Virus record (IMG/VR): IMGVR_UViG_3300013426_000028
Span: 31,643-95,642 of that record
Direction: 5' to 3' (one strand)
DNA length: 64,000 nt
From: a virus
Taxonomy: Duplodnaviria > Caudoviricetes
This document shows positions 45,141-55,224 of this stretch, piece after piece. The notes under the pieces are model-generated. The model was not told the DNA's origin. It saw only the letters and a program-made list of their open reading frames with translations, and did no database searches. Each line of letters opens with the position of its first letter. The first letter of the stretch is position 1. A program made the position numbers and the translations under genes.

Positions 45141-48100
45141 TTTATAATTTCATTATTAATAACATTATTAATATCATCTTCTATGGCATCGTGAGGGGCA
45201 AGATAGTCATCATCATAACCGAAGAGACCATTAAGCATACGTTGAATGGAGACTTCAAGTTGAGGGGTGACTTTCTTAAGGGAATATTTGACACCAAGAT
45301 ATTCGGTGCCGTTTGGATCTCTTATCGGGCAATAAGAATCGCCGTATGGAATAAGAGAAACGATTTGATCTTCTAAGACGTCCCAAGCGAATGCCCAATT
45401 GAAAGAAGAATAAAGAGGTGCTAAACGAGAGCAATAGAAGAGGAATTCATCACCAGGCATATTATGCTCAACAAGTTGATTTTGAAGGTCACCGATAAGT
45501 GATTCAATAAGAGAAGAGCGAAGCTCGGAATAGGTGTCTGGTGAGAGGTCGGAGAATTGAGAAGAAGAAAGGGACTCAAGATGTTTGATTTGTTTACGGG
45601 CAATGTAAATTTTATAAAGCGAACGAACGAAGTCTAATTTTTCCTGAGAGAAGAGGGGGGCGTAATGAGCTTCGAAAGTAGGAAGCATTGATACGTTTTT
45701 CTTCTTAACGTCGCCGTTTTTGGCAAACTTGATGTCGAAGTCAACATTCTCGAACTCGCGACATAATTTATTCATTGTGCAATTTGAGGTGATAAGGGGC
45801 GAATACTTTTGATACTTGCGAACAAGATTTGTTTCTTCTGGGGTTTTGTTTTCCTTGCGAAGGAGTTTCTTGAACTTAATACCGAACATATCGCGGCTTA
45901 CCTCGTTATAGGCGGACTCAAATTGTTTAAAGCGTTGATTAAGCTCTGGATAGAGGTAACGGAAGAAATAAGGTTTTTTGGAAATAACCATGGCATTATG
46001 TTTAAACTTTGCGAGGCGTTCTTCTGGGGTGTCGTCTTCGGTTATTTGCTCGAAATGTTTCCAAGAACGTGGGAGGGACGGCTTGTCGGCGCCCTTAATG
46101 CGGTCGATTTCTTGACCAACAATTTCACGTAAGAGCTTAATACGCGTCATAATTTCATTGTATTGATCTTGTTGCGCTGGATTATCGAAAATTGCTGCCA
46201 TTGCATAAAAGATAGTGGCGCAATTTGAGAAGCCTCCAACGCCTGTTCCGAAACCTTTGGAAACGGTTTTAGTTATGTTTGCGACCGTCATTTTTTGGAC
46301 GGGTGCAATACCTTTTTCGTATGTTATAATATTTTGTTCTTTGTGAGAACCTTTTAAGAAGCAAGGATTGTCTGTGGATAGGACTATATCTCCCGATGAT
46401 ACCCTCGGTTTCCCGATATTTATAGGAGAAGGGGACTAGACTATATCTTAACTGATTAATAACTGTTTGTGGTCATTAATCAGATGTTGGCACTTCGATT
46501 TAATGGATTTTATAATCAAGCTAATATCACCTGATAACCAACCTTGTTTAAGGGCTCTACTCTACTCATTTATTTTTAACAGATTTTCTCTATTAATATA
46601 CTTTCGATAGTCGTTTGAGTTTTTAAACCTTTTATGTAATTTGATTTAATTTACCACAGGATTGTCGTCTCCATTACGAGGTACGAGTTCCCTGTTAGCA
46701 ATGCTATTATTCGCCATTATCCTGCGAAACACTTCACGTTAGCATTACACCCAGATTTACTAATCTGGTTCACCAACTTTTACTATGACTAGTAATATAT
46801 CAATCATAGTCAGCATCGCTTAAGCGAGCTGTAGCAGCATCATATGTGCTGAATACTATTCCAGAATATAGGTGGCTTAACCACCGCTTCGCCTCATCAG
46901 AGTTTAATACGTCTGATGGGTCATGTTCGTGCATATCAATTTGAGGACTGCGACAGAGATCAACTCTCGGTACATTCCTATCGCTCCAGAATTTAGAATA
47001 TATTTGATCTCTTCCAACTACCCCTATTGGTTCTAATCCTAACGCCGACTGACATTGAGCAACAGGGTCGGACAGCATAAACTGGTAGTTACCATGAACC
47101 CAGATTTTGCCTATCTTGGCACGATTAATTGTTTCAGTAATATTTTTATAGATTTTATGTTGTATATAACTATCTTTAAGGAAGTTGTTGTTTTTAACTA
47201 AAGCCTTCATATAATTTGTTTGAGCGGTTCCATAAAGAGTATTAAACATAGAGTCTTCGTTTTTGGGCCCAAATGTAAATAGAAGTGTTGAGAGAGTCTC
47301 ACCTGTACAAATTTGTTTTATCCAATCTACAGTTGGTTTAATTAAATTCTTTATGTCATCATCAGATAATGTTAATGATTGAATGTATTGATAATTAGCA
47401 AGAATATATTCTTCGTCTTGTTTTTTTGGATAACGTGCAACTCCCCAAGGAATATCTCCCTTTTCTGCGTAAGATAGATATTCTTGCCAGCTGTTATAAT
47501 ATTTGTGCGTTTTGAATTGTGATTCTGAAAGAAGAACATCTATTTCATCAATATTATATTCCTTCCCCCATTTATCACGAATTGTCGAAATGCCTTGTTC
47601 GTGAGCATAACCTCTAAAATCAAATGTCACAAGATTCCCTTTTACGAAAGCAGAACGAGCCACGAATGAACAAGGTGTATAAGAGAGATCCATATCTTGT
47701 CCCCATAGTGTGGCAAATGAAGGATCGATTAACCCTTGTCCATCTGCACAGTTGAGGTCTAAGTCCATTACTCTTTTTTCAATGATAGATTCTCCTTTGT
47801 CGTTTTTACAAATGAAATCAACAGGTTCATCTTTTAAAGTTCTGTGGAAATCTTTAATAACACATACTCTTGGTGTTCTTACCCATAAAACAGAAGAGAA
47901 GGATAAGGCGAAATATGCGGTATACTTTGCTAACACGAATTCTGTTGTTTTTTTATCCAAACCACAATTTAATGTTTCTACTACTTGTTTACGATATTTT
48001 GTGTTAATAAATGTGGCGGTGTTTCGTCTAATTTGACCTGACCCGCTGCATAAATATGAATAGTGAACTCCGTTACACACAAATCCTTTTGTTCTTATTG

Positions 48101-48470
48101 CGTGAAAGTCACTTTTCTTTTTGTCGATGCAAATGTTAATGATGTCCTTAACAAATAGAAGTTTTGTGATGTGATGGTTTAATACGTTTGCTTCTTTGTA
48201 GAACCCTTGTTTTTTATAATAATGCATTTTGTCTCTAAAGCGTGCAATGTAATTAAATATTTCTCTATGGTCACGATAATCGTTATGCATATGTCGGAGT
48301 TGTCTGAATACCATATTGTCTCCGATTGAAACAATGTTAGTGTCTTTCATTCCTTGCGACATTGTATAGTTAATTTCGTAGAACCCTGATTCCTTGTTAT
48401 AATTGTCAGGTTTCACGACCATAGAGGCTGGTAATTTGAAAATTTGATATAAGTTTTGTATTACTGGCAT
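45116..48470 (-). CDS. Single-subunit phage RNA polymerase (SPbeta YonO-like, RdRP-like double-psi barrel); join(48470..46803,46393..45116), 981 aa
   Basis: SGQIR, DGQGLI, RSAFVKG, RSP; catalytic ADYD|GD restored in frame by intron removal; EIDRIKG, KPYFFRY. Confidence 0.9.
46394..46802 (-). ncRNA. Group I intron (409 nt, ORF-less) in the RNAP gene
   Basis: Exon ends in U; P1 ACUAUGAU/GUCAUAGU with U.G at the splice site; R ACGACUA, S AAGAUAUAGUCU; P3 GUUGGU/GCCAAC; terminal G. Confidence 0.93.
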
Positions 48471-48564
48471 TACCTTTTGCCTCCCCTTTCTGTACTCTTA
48501 ATAGAGTGTTATATTTTTTTTATAATCTTGATGTTAATAATAGTAGTCAAGATTCACAAATCAT

Positions 48565-48592
48565 AGTATACCTAATTTATTCCGATTGTCAA
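48565..48592 (-). promoter_or_regulatory. sigmaA-type promoter of the RNAP gene
   Basis: TTGACA-16bp-TATACT on the - strand. Confidence 0.75.
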
Positions 48593-48594
48593 GA

Positions 48595-49002
48595 CTAAAA
48601 AGGTGATTTTAAGAAAAATTCATCTTCGTCATAATCGTTATTAGAATCATCGCTGTATAGTCCGAAATTATTAACGATAAAATCTAATGTGTCAATAGCT
48701 TCATTTAGGTCAGGAACATAATAACAGATATTTTCTTTGGCAAGCATATCAACTTCTTCTAATTCATCGTTTGTTAATTCGGTATTTTTATTTCCTAATG
48801 TTTCAACAAAAATGATGATGTTTTTAAGTGGTTTGTTAATCGAGCTAATGCATCTGCTAATTCCTTTAATTTGAGGAAAACAAATAGAAATATTAACAGT
48901 ATCTTTTTCTAATTCTGATGAATATGCTCTTAATAGAATCTTCGTTATTTTTTCAAATTGTTCTTTTGTTTGTGGAATGTCTTTCCATAGAATTGTTTTC
49001 AT
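48595..49002 (-). CDS. Hypothetical protein
   Basis: AAGGAG RBS. Confidence 0.7.
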   Translation of the reverse strand: MKTILWKDIPQTKEQFEKITKILLRAYSSELEKDTVNISICFPQIKGISRCISSINKPLKNIIIFVETLGNKNTELTNDELEEVDMLAKENICYYVPDLNEAIDTLDFIVNNFGLYSDDSNNDYDEDEFFLKSPF

Positions 49003-49693
49003 ATTTGATAATCTCCTTGTGTAATACTTTTTACTTTTATTTTTAGCTAGTTAGAGAAGTAAAGAAGAGATAATTAAATAAAGGTGAGGTAGTCTTTATT
49101 TTTTTACTTTCTAACTTGTACACTAATATTATATGCGAAATAAATAAAAACAACAAGTTTTTTTAAAAGAAAAGTAACAAAAGAAAATAATAAGGATATA
49201 TATTTAATAATTTTATATTATGTTAACGGAATATACCAGAGGTATATTCCTAATCTTTTTATCTTTATCTGTATCTTTTTTTATTACATAAAAAAATCTA
49301 CAGTATTAATGTATATTATTTCTCTTTTTTTATTTTCTTTGTTTTCACTTTCTCTTTGTATATATTTATATATATTTCTCTTTAACTTTTATTTCTTTTG
49401 TTTTTATACTCTTTGTTTATAATACTTTGTGTATATATATTCTAGTATTACAATACTTAAAGTTATAATAAAAGTTTATATATACTAAGTTTTATAATAA
49501 AAAAAATAATAAAAAGAGTATATATATAGTTAGGTATTTTATATTTGCGAAGCAAATAAAAATAAATACGGGAGCGCGGTCGTGTATACGTGTGTAATAT
49601 AAAATCAAGGAAAAATGCATGTGTATAAAAAAATAAAGAAAATTCTTATTGTTTTTAAAAATTTTGCGTATACTATAAGTAGTAGGTGATAAA

Positions 49694-50524
49694 ATGATAT
49701 TTAACTGGAAAGAACATTGTCAAAAAGTTCTAAAAGATAAAGCATATGGAACATCTGATAGATGGGAAAGAAAAGAAGAGTATAAACAACAAATTGCATT
49801 ATGCTATTATCTACATAAAGAACTTAAACTAAACAAGACAAACACTTATAAAAAATGGGCGAGTATTCCTAATAAGTTTAGCACTATGATTATTGGAAGT
49901 GAATTAAGTGATAGAACTAAAGAATTAGAACTAAAAGAATACTTTGATAAAGTTTATGATAAGTCACTTAAATTCAAAATGCGAGACGTTGATAAACACT
50001 TGGAAATTTATCAAGAAGAGATAGACGCTATTAATAAGCTTGAGGCGGATGAAACATTCAGGAAATATATTTATATGCTTTTGGGGGTTTGTAAGTTTTA
50101 TAACTCATATTACGGAAAGTGTTACTTGGATCATAAGTTAAGAGGTTATGCTTATGAATGTGTAAGTAACGGAAAGAAATATGGAGACTATGTTCAAACT
50201 CTTGTTAATACAAATAGGAAATGTGGTCCAGTTATTATTTCTGCAAGAACTAAAATGAGAAATATTTCTAGTTTAAGCATGCTAAAGACATCAGGTACCG
50301 TGGTAAGAACATTTGTTACTCCTAACGATTTAATCAAATGGATTAATAAAGATGTCCTAACGAGAAAAGCGATATGTCCTATATGTGGTCAAGAATACGA
50401 GGTTAATTCAAAGACTAAAAGAGATTGTTGTTTGGATTGTTGGAAAAAACAAAGACGAGAAAAAGAAAATGATAGATTGCGTAAAACAATGGCAGAAAGA
50501 AGAGATAAGGAAAAAAACGAGTAA
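49694..50524 (+). CDS. Hypothetical protein with C-terminal zinc finger; candidate RNAP accessory/late regulator
   Basis: CPICG...CLDC followed by a charged helix; divergent from the RNAP gene. Confidence 0.75.
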   Translation: MIFNWKEHCQKVLKDKAYGTSDRWERKEEYKQQIALCYYLHKELKLNKTNTYKKWASIPNKFSTMIIGSELSDRTKELELKEYFDKVYDKSLKFKMRDVDKHLEIYQEEIDAINKLEADETFRKYIYMLLGVCKFYNSYYGKCYLDHKLRGYAYECVSNGKKYGDYVQTLVNTNRKCGPVIISARTKMRNISSLSMLKTSGTVVRTFVTPNDLIKWINKDVLTRKAICPICGQEYEVNSKTKRDCCLDCWKKQRREKENDRLRKTMAERRDKEKNE

Positions 50525-50526
50525 TA

Positions 50527-50566
50527 GTTACGCAGGAATATCCGTAAAAGTATATATGGAAAGAGA
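50527..50566 (+). promoter_or_regulatory. 40-bp repeat copy 1, putative late promoter
   Basis: GTTACGCAGGAATATCCGTAAAAGTATATATGGAAAGAGA, identical to 58065-58104. Confidence 0.75.
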
Positions 50567-50633
50567 AGAGAAATAAAAGACGAGTTTTATTTAATTCTCT
50601 GGTTGCTAAAATAGCAGAAAAGGAGACCTAACG

Positions 50634-51878
50634 ATGACAAAAAAAGAATTTATAGAATATGTTGACGGTTTCGGAAAAGAAGCTGGAGAATTTACAGATG
50701 ATGAATTATATCAAATCGGAGTAAAGCATAAAGAGCTTCCTTTATCTGAAAAGAATTGGGATGAATTAGTTAAATTATTAGGCGTTGATAAAAAAGGAGA
50801 AGCTTTCAGAACTTGGATTAAATCAAAGCAAAGAGAAGAAGGTACCTTGCCAAAAAACGAAAAAATGATGTCTGATAGAGTTATTGATGGAATGACATTT
50901 GCTGAATTCCAAGATGAAACAGATAGAATTAAAAGGGAACTTTATAAGCAGCAAGTTAAAACAAGAGATACCTGGAATGCTTATCGCAGAGATATGAGAA
51001 GTGAAGCTCGTGAAGAAGTTTTAAAAGACTTAATTACTGATGCTATTAAAAACATCAAACCAGAAAAGATGTTTACTATTCCAAATGAAATTAAAGAGAA
51101 TTCAAATGGAGAGGCGGTACTATTGGTATCTGACTGGCATATTGGTGTAACGGTTAATAATTTCTATAATAAGTTTAATCTCGATATTGCAAAGCATCGT
51201 ATTGCTAAATTAACACAAGACGCTATTAGATATTGTAGACTTCATCAAGTTAAAAGATTTTCTGTGTTGAATTTAGGTGATTGTATTGCAGGAAATATTC
51301 ATATTACAGGAAGATTAGAACAACAAATGGATGTTGTTGAACAAGTTATTACGGCCTCTGAATTAATGGCTAATATGCTTCTTGAATTAAGAAAAGCTGC
51401 TCCTGAAATTATTTATTATAGTTGTCCTGGTAATCACGAAAGAATTACCGCTAATTTAAAAGAATCATTAGATTCAGAAAATTATTCTCGTATTATGGAT
51501 TTTTATTTACGAGCAAGATTAAAAGATTGCGGAATAGAAATGAGAGAAGATAATGTAAATCCAGAAATTGGTGTTATTCGTTTAATGAACGGAAAAGTTG
51601 GAGTATTTCAACATGGCCATCACGGAAGTTTCAATACAGTATTTCAAGATATGGTATGTTATTTGGGTGAAAAGATTGATTATGGCTTTGTTGGACACTT
51701 CCATAGCGAAAAATTAAAGACATTACACGATTTCAAGTTATTTACAAATGCAAGTTTGGTTGGAATGGATGATTATGCTTTCCAAAAAAGATTATTTTCT
51801 AAGCCAGCACAATCATTGTTAGTATTTGATGAAGATAATGTTATTAATCATAGTATTAACTTAGATATTCAAGATTAA
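50634..51878 (+). CDS. Calcineurin-like metallophosphoesterase (YonJ-like)
   Basis: SDWHIG, LGDCIAG, PGNHE, HGH, GHFH. Confidence 0.88.
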   Translation: MTKKEFIEYVDGFGKEAGEFTDDELYQIGVKHKELPLSEKNWDELVKLLGVDKKGEAFRTWIKSKQREEGTLPKNEKMMSDRVIDGMTFAEFQDETDRIKRELYKQQVKTRDTWNAYRRDMRSEAREEVLKDLITDAIKNIKPEKMFTIPNEIKENSNGEAVLLVSDWHIGVTVNNFYNKFNLDIAKHRIAKLTQDAIRYCRLHQVKRFSVLNLGDCIAGNIHITGRLEQQMDVVEQVITASELMANMLLELRKAAPEIIYYSCPGNHERITANLKESLDSENYSRIMDFYLRARLKDCGIEMREDNVNPEIGVIRLMNGKVGVFQHGHHGSFNTVFQDMVCYLGEKIDYGFVGHFHSEKLKTLHDFKLFTNASLVGMDDYAFQKRLFSKPAQSLLVFDEDNVINHSINLDIQD

Positions 51879-51901
51879 AATATAAAGTGAGGCAAAAGGT
51901 T

Positions 51902-52231
51902 ATGATAAAAGAAAAATTAAGAAAAGCAATTGAAGAAATGGCTATAGATAGCGAAGAAGAAGTTTTATTCTTAGATAATCCTTCTTTTGATAAATCTATC
52001 ATCGGGATAACAAATGATTTCAGATTAATTTACGATTTGGATAAAATGATTGAAGAATTAATGGAAGATGATCAAATTGATTATGAAGACGCAATTGATT
52101 TTATTGATCATAATACATTATTAGCCATTCCTTATTTTGGGGAACAAGCTCCTATTATAAAAATGAGTTTTGCACCCTATTATGATGAAGAAGAGGAGGA
52201 CGATATGAATGGCAACAAAGAGAAAGACTAG
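51902..52231 (+). CDS. Conserved phage hypothetical protein
   Basis: FDKSIIG...IYD..KMIE.L...EDAIDFID.NT...P. Confidence 0.75.
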   Translation: MIKEKLRKAIEEMAIDSEEEVLFLDNPSFDKSIIGITNDFRLIYDLDKMIEELMEDDQIDYEDAIDFIDHNTLLAIPYFGEQAPIIKMSFAPYYDEEEEDDMNGNKEKD

Positions 52232-53420
52232 TACTGCTGCTTCAAAAAAGAAATCCTCTACAACAACAAGTACAGGAACTGCAAAAATAAAACTAGATAA
52301 AGACGGCATAGATAGCTTTCCAGAACCTTCTTTAGGCGGTCCAGTAATCCCAAAAATAGGGATAGATTTAGAAAAATTCAAATGTGTTGTTCCTTCAGAA
52401 TCATCAAGGCAGGAATTTATAAGATATCTTCATAATTATCCAGATGACAAAGAAAATTATGAAAAAGCAATGTTTGAATATTGCTTTTATCACAATGTAT
52501 TCTTTGATAGTAGAGTATTAAAAGCAGTATTAGGTAATAGAGAAGATGAAATTATGAATAAGTTGCCTGATATTTATACAGCTGTAATTAATCAGACTGA
52601 TAGATACATTGGTTTAAATTTCTTCGGACAATTAAAAATGGAAAATTTTGAAAAATTATACAGTGAAGATTTAAGTTTATTAGCATTAACCGAAGAAGAT
52701 AAGAAAAACAGACAACAAGTTATTGCCATTATGGGGTACGATCCATTTAAAGATGCTCAAGATGACGATAGACCTCAACTGTATAGAGATCTTAACGGTT
52801 TGCTTACAGAAGGTATGAGAAAAGATGTTGCTAAACAAAAAGCAGCTGTTCAAGTTTGTCAAAACTATTGTACTTTGTCTAAATATCAAAAGAAAATTAT
52901 GGACTTGATGAATAGTGAACAATTAGATGCTGAAACTCAAAAGAATATTGATAATCTTCAAAGTATGGTTGGTAAAATTCAACAAATTATTAATGGTACC
53001 ACTAAAGAAAATGGATTCACTTCTAGCAAATCTATTGGTAACAATGGAAAAGGTATGTTATCAGATGTAATGAACCAAGTAGAAACAGATTTTATTGATG
53101 AAGGAATTACAAATTATTATGATATTGCCACAAGTAAATCAATTGGTGAAGTGGCTAATATTAGTTGGAAGGCTATGTTAAATCAACTTAGATTAACTCA
53201 AACTGATTATGTTGATATATTATCTCAACAAGCAGAGTTGGTACATAAAGCACAAGATCAAGCAAGAAAAGCCACTGAAGCATTACGCTTGGCGAAAGAA
53301 AAAATCACAAAACAAAGATTACTTGAAGAATTAGCCGCTGATTATCGTAAAAAAGGTATTAGTGAAGAAGAAATTGACGAATTTATTAATCGTGAATATA
53401 ATTTATGGGATGGAAAATAA
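52209..53420 (+). CDS. Hypothetical protein, candidate terminase small subunit (YonG position)
   Basis: Position upstream of terL; GYDPF motif; coiled-coil C-terminus. Confidence 0.55.
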   Translation: MATKRKTSTAASKKKSSTTTSTGTAKIKLDKDGIDSFPEPSLGGPVIPKIGIDLEKFKCVVPSESSRQEFIRYLHNYPDDKENYEKAMFEYCFYHNVFFDSRVLKAVLGNREDEIMNKLPDIYTAVINQTDRYIGLNFFGQLKMENFEKLYSEDLSLLALTEEDKKNRQQVIAIMGYDPFKDAQDDDRPQLYRDLNGLLTEGMRKDVAKQKAAVQVCQNYCTLSKYQKKIMDLMNSEQLDAETQKNIDNLQSMVGKIQQIINGTTKENGFTSSKSIGNNGKGMLSDVMNQVETDFIDEGITNYYDIATSKSIGEVANISWKAMLNQLRLTQTDYVDILSQQAELVHKAQDQARKATEALRLAKEKITKQRLLEELAADYRKKGISEEEIDEFINREYNLWDGK

Positions 53421-53428
53421 AACATTTC

Positions 53429-53456
53429 TTGACAAATGAAATAATTTGATTATAAT
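53429..53456 (+). promoter_or_regulatory. sigmaA-type promoter of the endonuclease gene
   Basis: TTGACA-16bp-TATAAT. Confidence 0.8.
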
Positions 53457-53495
53457 AATATTGTAAAAACGAAATTAGAAAGGAAGATTAAACAA

Positions 53496-55178
53496 ATGAA
53501 GTCGTTAAGTGAAGAAGAAAAAATTAAACAAGGTATCTGGCCTACAAAAGAATTATGTGAAGATTTTATATTTGGTAAATATACTATATCAGGAATTACT
53601 AAAGAATTTGGTATTAGCAAATCTTCATTTTATAGAGCTATGAGATATTTTGGTTTAAACACTGTAAAAAGTGAAGGTATAAAATTACCAGATATCCCTA
53701 AAGAAGAGTTGATACAGTATTATATTACAGAAAATCATACAGAAAAAGAATGTATCGAACATTTTAATTTAAAATCACGTTCTGGGTTTTATGAATTGTT
53801 AAGAAAACATGATATTAAAAAAGATTTCGAACAAATTGTTGCTAAATCAAAAGAAAAGCAAAGAGAAAAGAATGGCGGTTTCTTAAATATGGAAATGGCT
53901 TCTTTCCAAGAAAAATGTAAACAAGGCGTTAGAGATAAATATGGTGTTGATAATGTTTTTCAAAATGAAGAAATGAAAGAAAAAATTAAAAGTACATTTA
54001 AAGAAAAATATGGTGTAGAACATTATTCTCAAACAGAAGAATATAAAGAAAAATATAAAAATACTTCTTTAGAAAGATTTGGAACCGAGCATCCATTTCA
54101 GAATGAAGAGGTTAAAGATAAAATTAAAGAAACAATGATTGATAAATATGGTGCGTCAACAAAATCTTTTAGTGAATTAGATCCTTATACTCAGCACGTG
54201 CTTCAAAGTAAAGAAAATTTTGAAGAGTTTTTAAAAGAGCATCCGAATCAATCTACAAAACAATTAAGTGAAATTCTTAAATGTAGTACTTCTTGTGTTC
54301 TTTTTCATGTTAAACATGACGGTTTAGAAGATTTAGTCGACTTAAAACCGCAATATTCAAATGATGAAAAAGAAGTGCTTTCTTTTTTAGAAGAACAAGG
54401 TATCAAATGTATTCCTAATTATAGAGGAGCTTTTCCTAAGACAAATTCAGAGATTGATATCTGGTGTCCAGATTATAAAATCGGAATAGAATTTAATGGT
54501 GATTATTGGCATTCTGATGTAATAAAAAGAAATACTTATCATCAAGAAAAAAGCATTGCTGCACAAGAAGTCGGTATTAGATTAATTCATATTTACGAAT
54601 ATGAATGGAGAGATTTAATATTACGAGAAAAAATAAAAGCAATGTTATTAATTGCATTTGGTAAAGTTGAGCATAAAATATATGCTAGAAAATGTGAAAT
54701 AAGACAAATTAGTAATGCAGAAGCTCGTGTGTTAAATGAAAAAGTTCATTTGCAAGGGCATCGTAATGCACAAGTTACATACGGACTGTTTTATAACAAT
54801 GAATTAGTTCAATTAATGAGCTTTAGTAAAACAAAGTATAATCGTAATTTAAAAACGGATGATTCTTGGGAAATTATAAGAGGATGTCCTGGATCAAATA
54901 ATACTGTTGTTGGAGGAGTAAGTAAATTATTTTCAAAGTTTGTTAAAGATTATAATCCAGATATGGTATTCAGCTATTGTGATTTTAATAAATTTGATGG
55001 CAAATCTTATGAAGCAATAGGTATGAAATTCATAGGATATACAGTCCCTGATTTAACATACATTAAAAACGGCATAGGTTATAAAAGAAGGCCTATGGAC
55101 AGTGGAGAATTAAGAAAATCTGCAGATTTTAGAGTATATGGTGCAGGTTCTAAAAAATATATATGGACAAGAAATTAA
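53496..55178 (+). CDS. Free-standing homing endonuclease-like protein (Hef/Vsr-like PD-(D/E)xK domain, KYGVE repeats, HTHs)
   Basis: EIDIWCPDYKIGIEFNGDYWHS, IRLIHIYEYEW, tandem (D/E)KYGV..(F/S)Q.EE.K.K.K.T repeats, YARKC..GG.SKL..SYCD C-domain. Confidence 0.8.
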   Translation: MKSLSEEEKIKQGIWPTKELCEDFIFGKYTISGITKEFGISKSSFYRAMRYFGLNTVKSEGIKLPDIPKEELIQYYITENHTEKECIEHFNLKSRSGFYELLRKHDIKKDFEQIVAKSKEKQREKNGGFLNMEMASFQEKCKQGVRDKYGVDNVFQNEEMKEKIKSTFKEKYGVEHYSQTEEYKEKYKNTSLERFGTEHPFQNEEVKDKIKETMIDKYGASTKSFSELDPYTQHVLQSKENFEEFLKEHPNQSTKQLSEILKCSTSCVLFHVKHDGLEDLVDLKPQYSNDEKEVLSFLEEQGIKCIPNYRGAFPKTNSEIDIWCPDYKIGIEFNGDYWHSDVIKRNTYHQEKSIAAQEVGIRLIHIYEYEWRDLILREKIKAMLLIAFGKVEHKIYARKCEIRQISNAEARVLNEKVHLQGHRNAQVTYGLFYNNELVQLMSFSKTKYNRNLKTDDSWEIIRGCPGSNNTVVGGVSKLFSKFVKDYNPDMVFSYCDFNKFDGKSYEAIGMKFIGYTVPDLTYIKNGIGYKRRPMDSGELRKSADFRVYGAGSKKYIWTRN

Positions 55179-55224
55179 TTCTTGTCCTTTTTATATAATT
55201 TGAAAAGGAGAGTGAAAGGGCAAT

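Noticed and set aside
45116-48470. Pseudogene or two-subunit RNA polymerase
   Set aside because: The gap is a group I intron whose removal restores the frame and DYDGD
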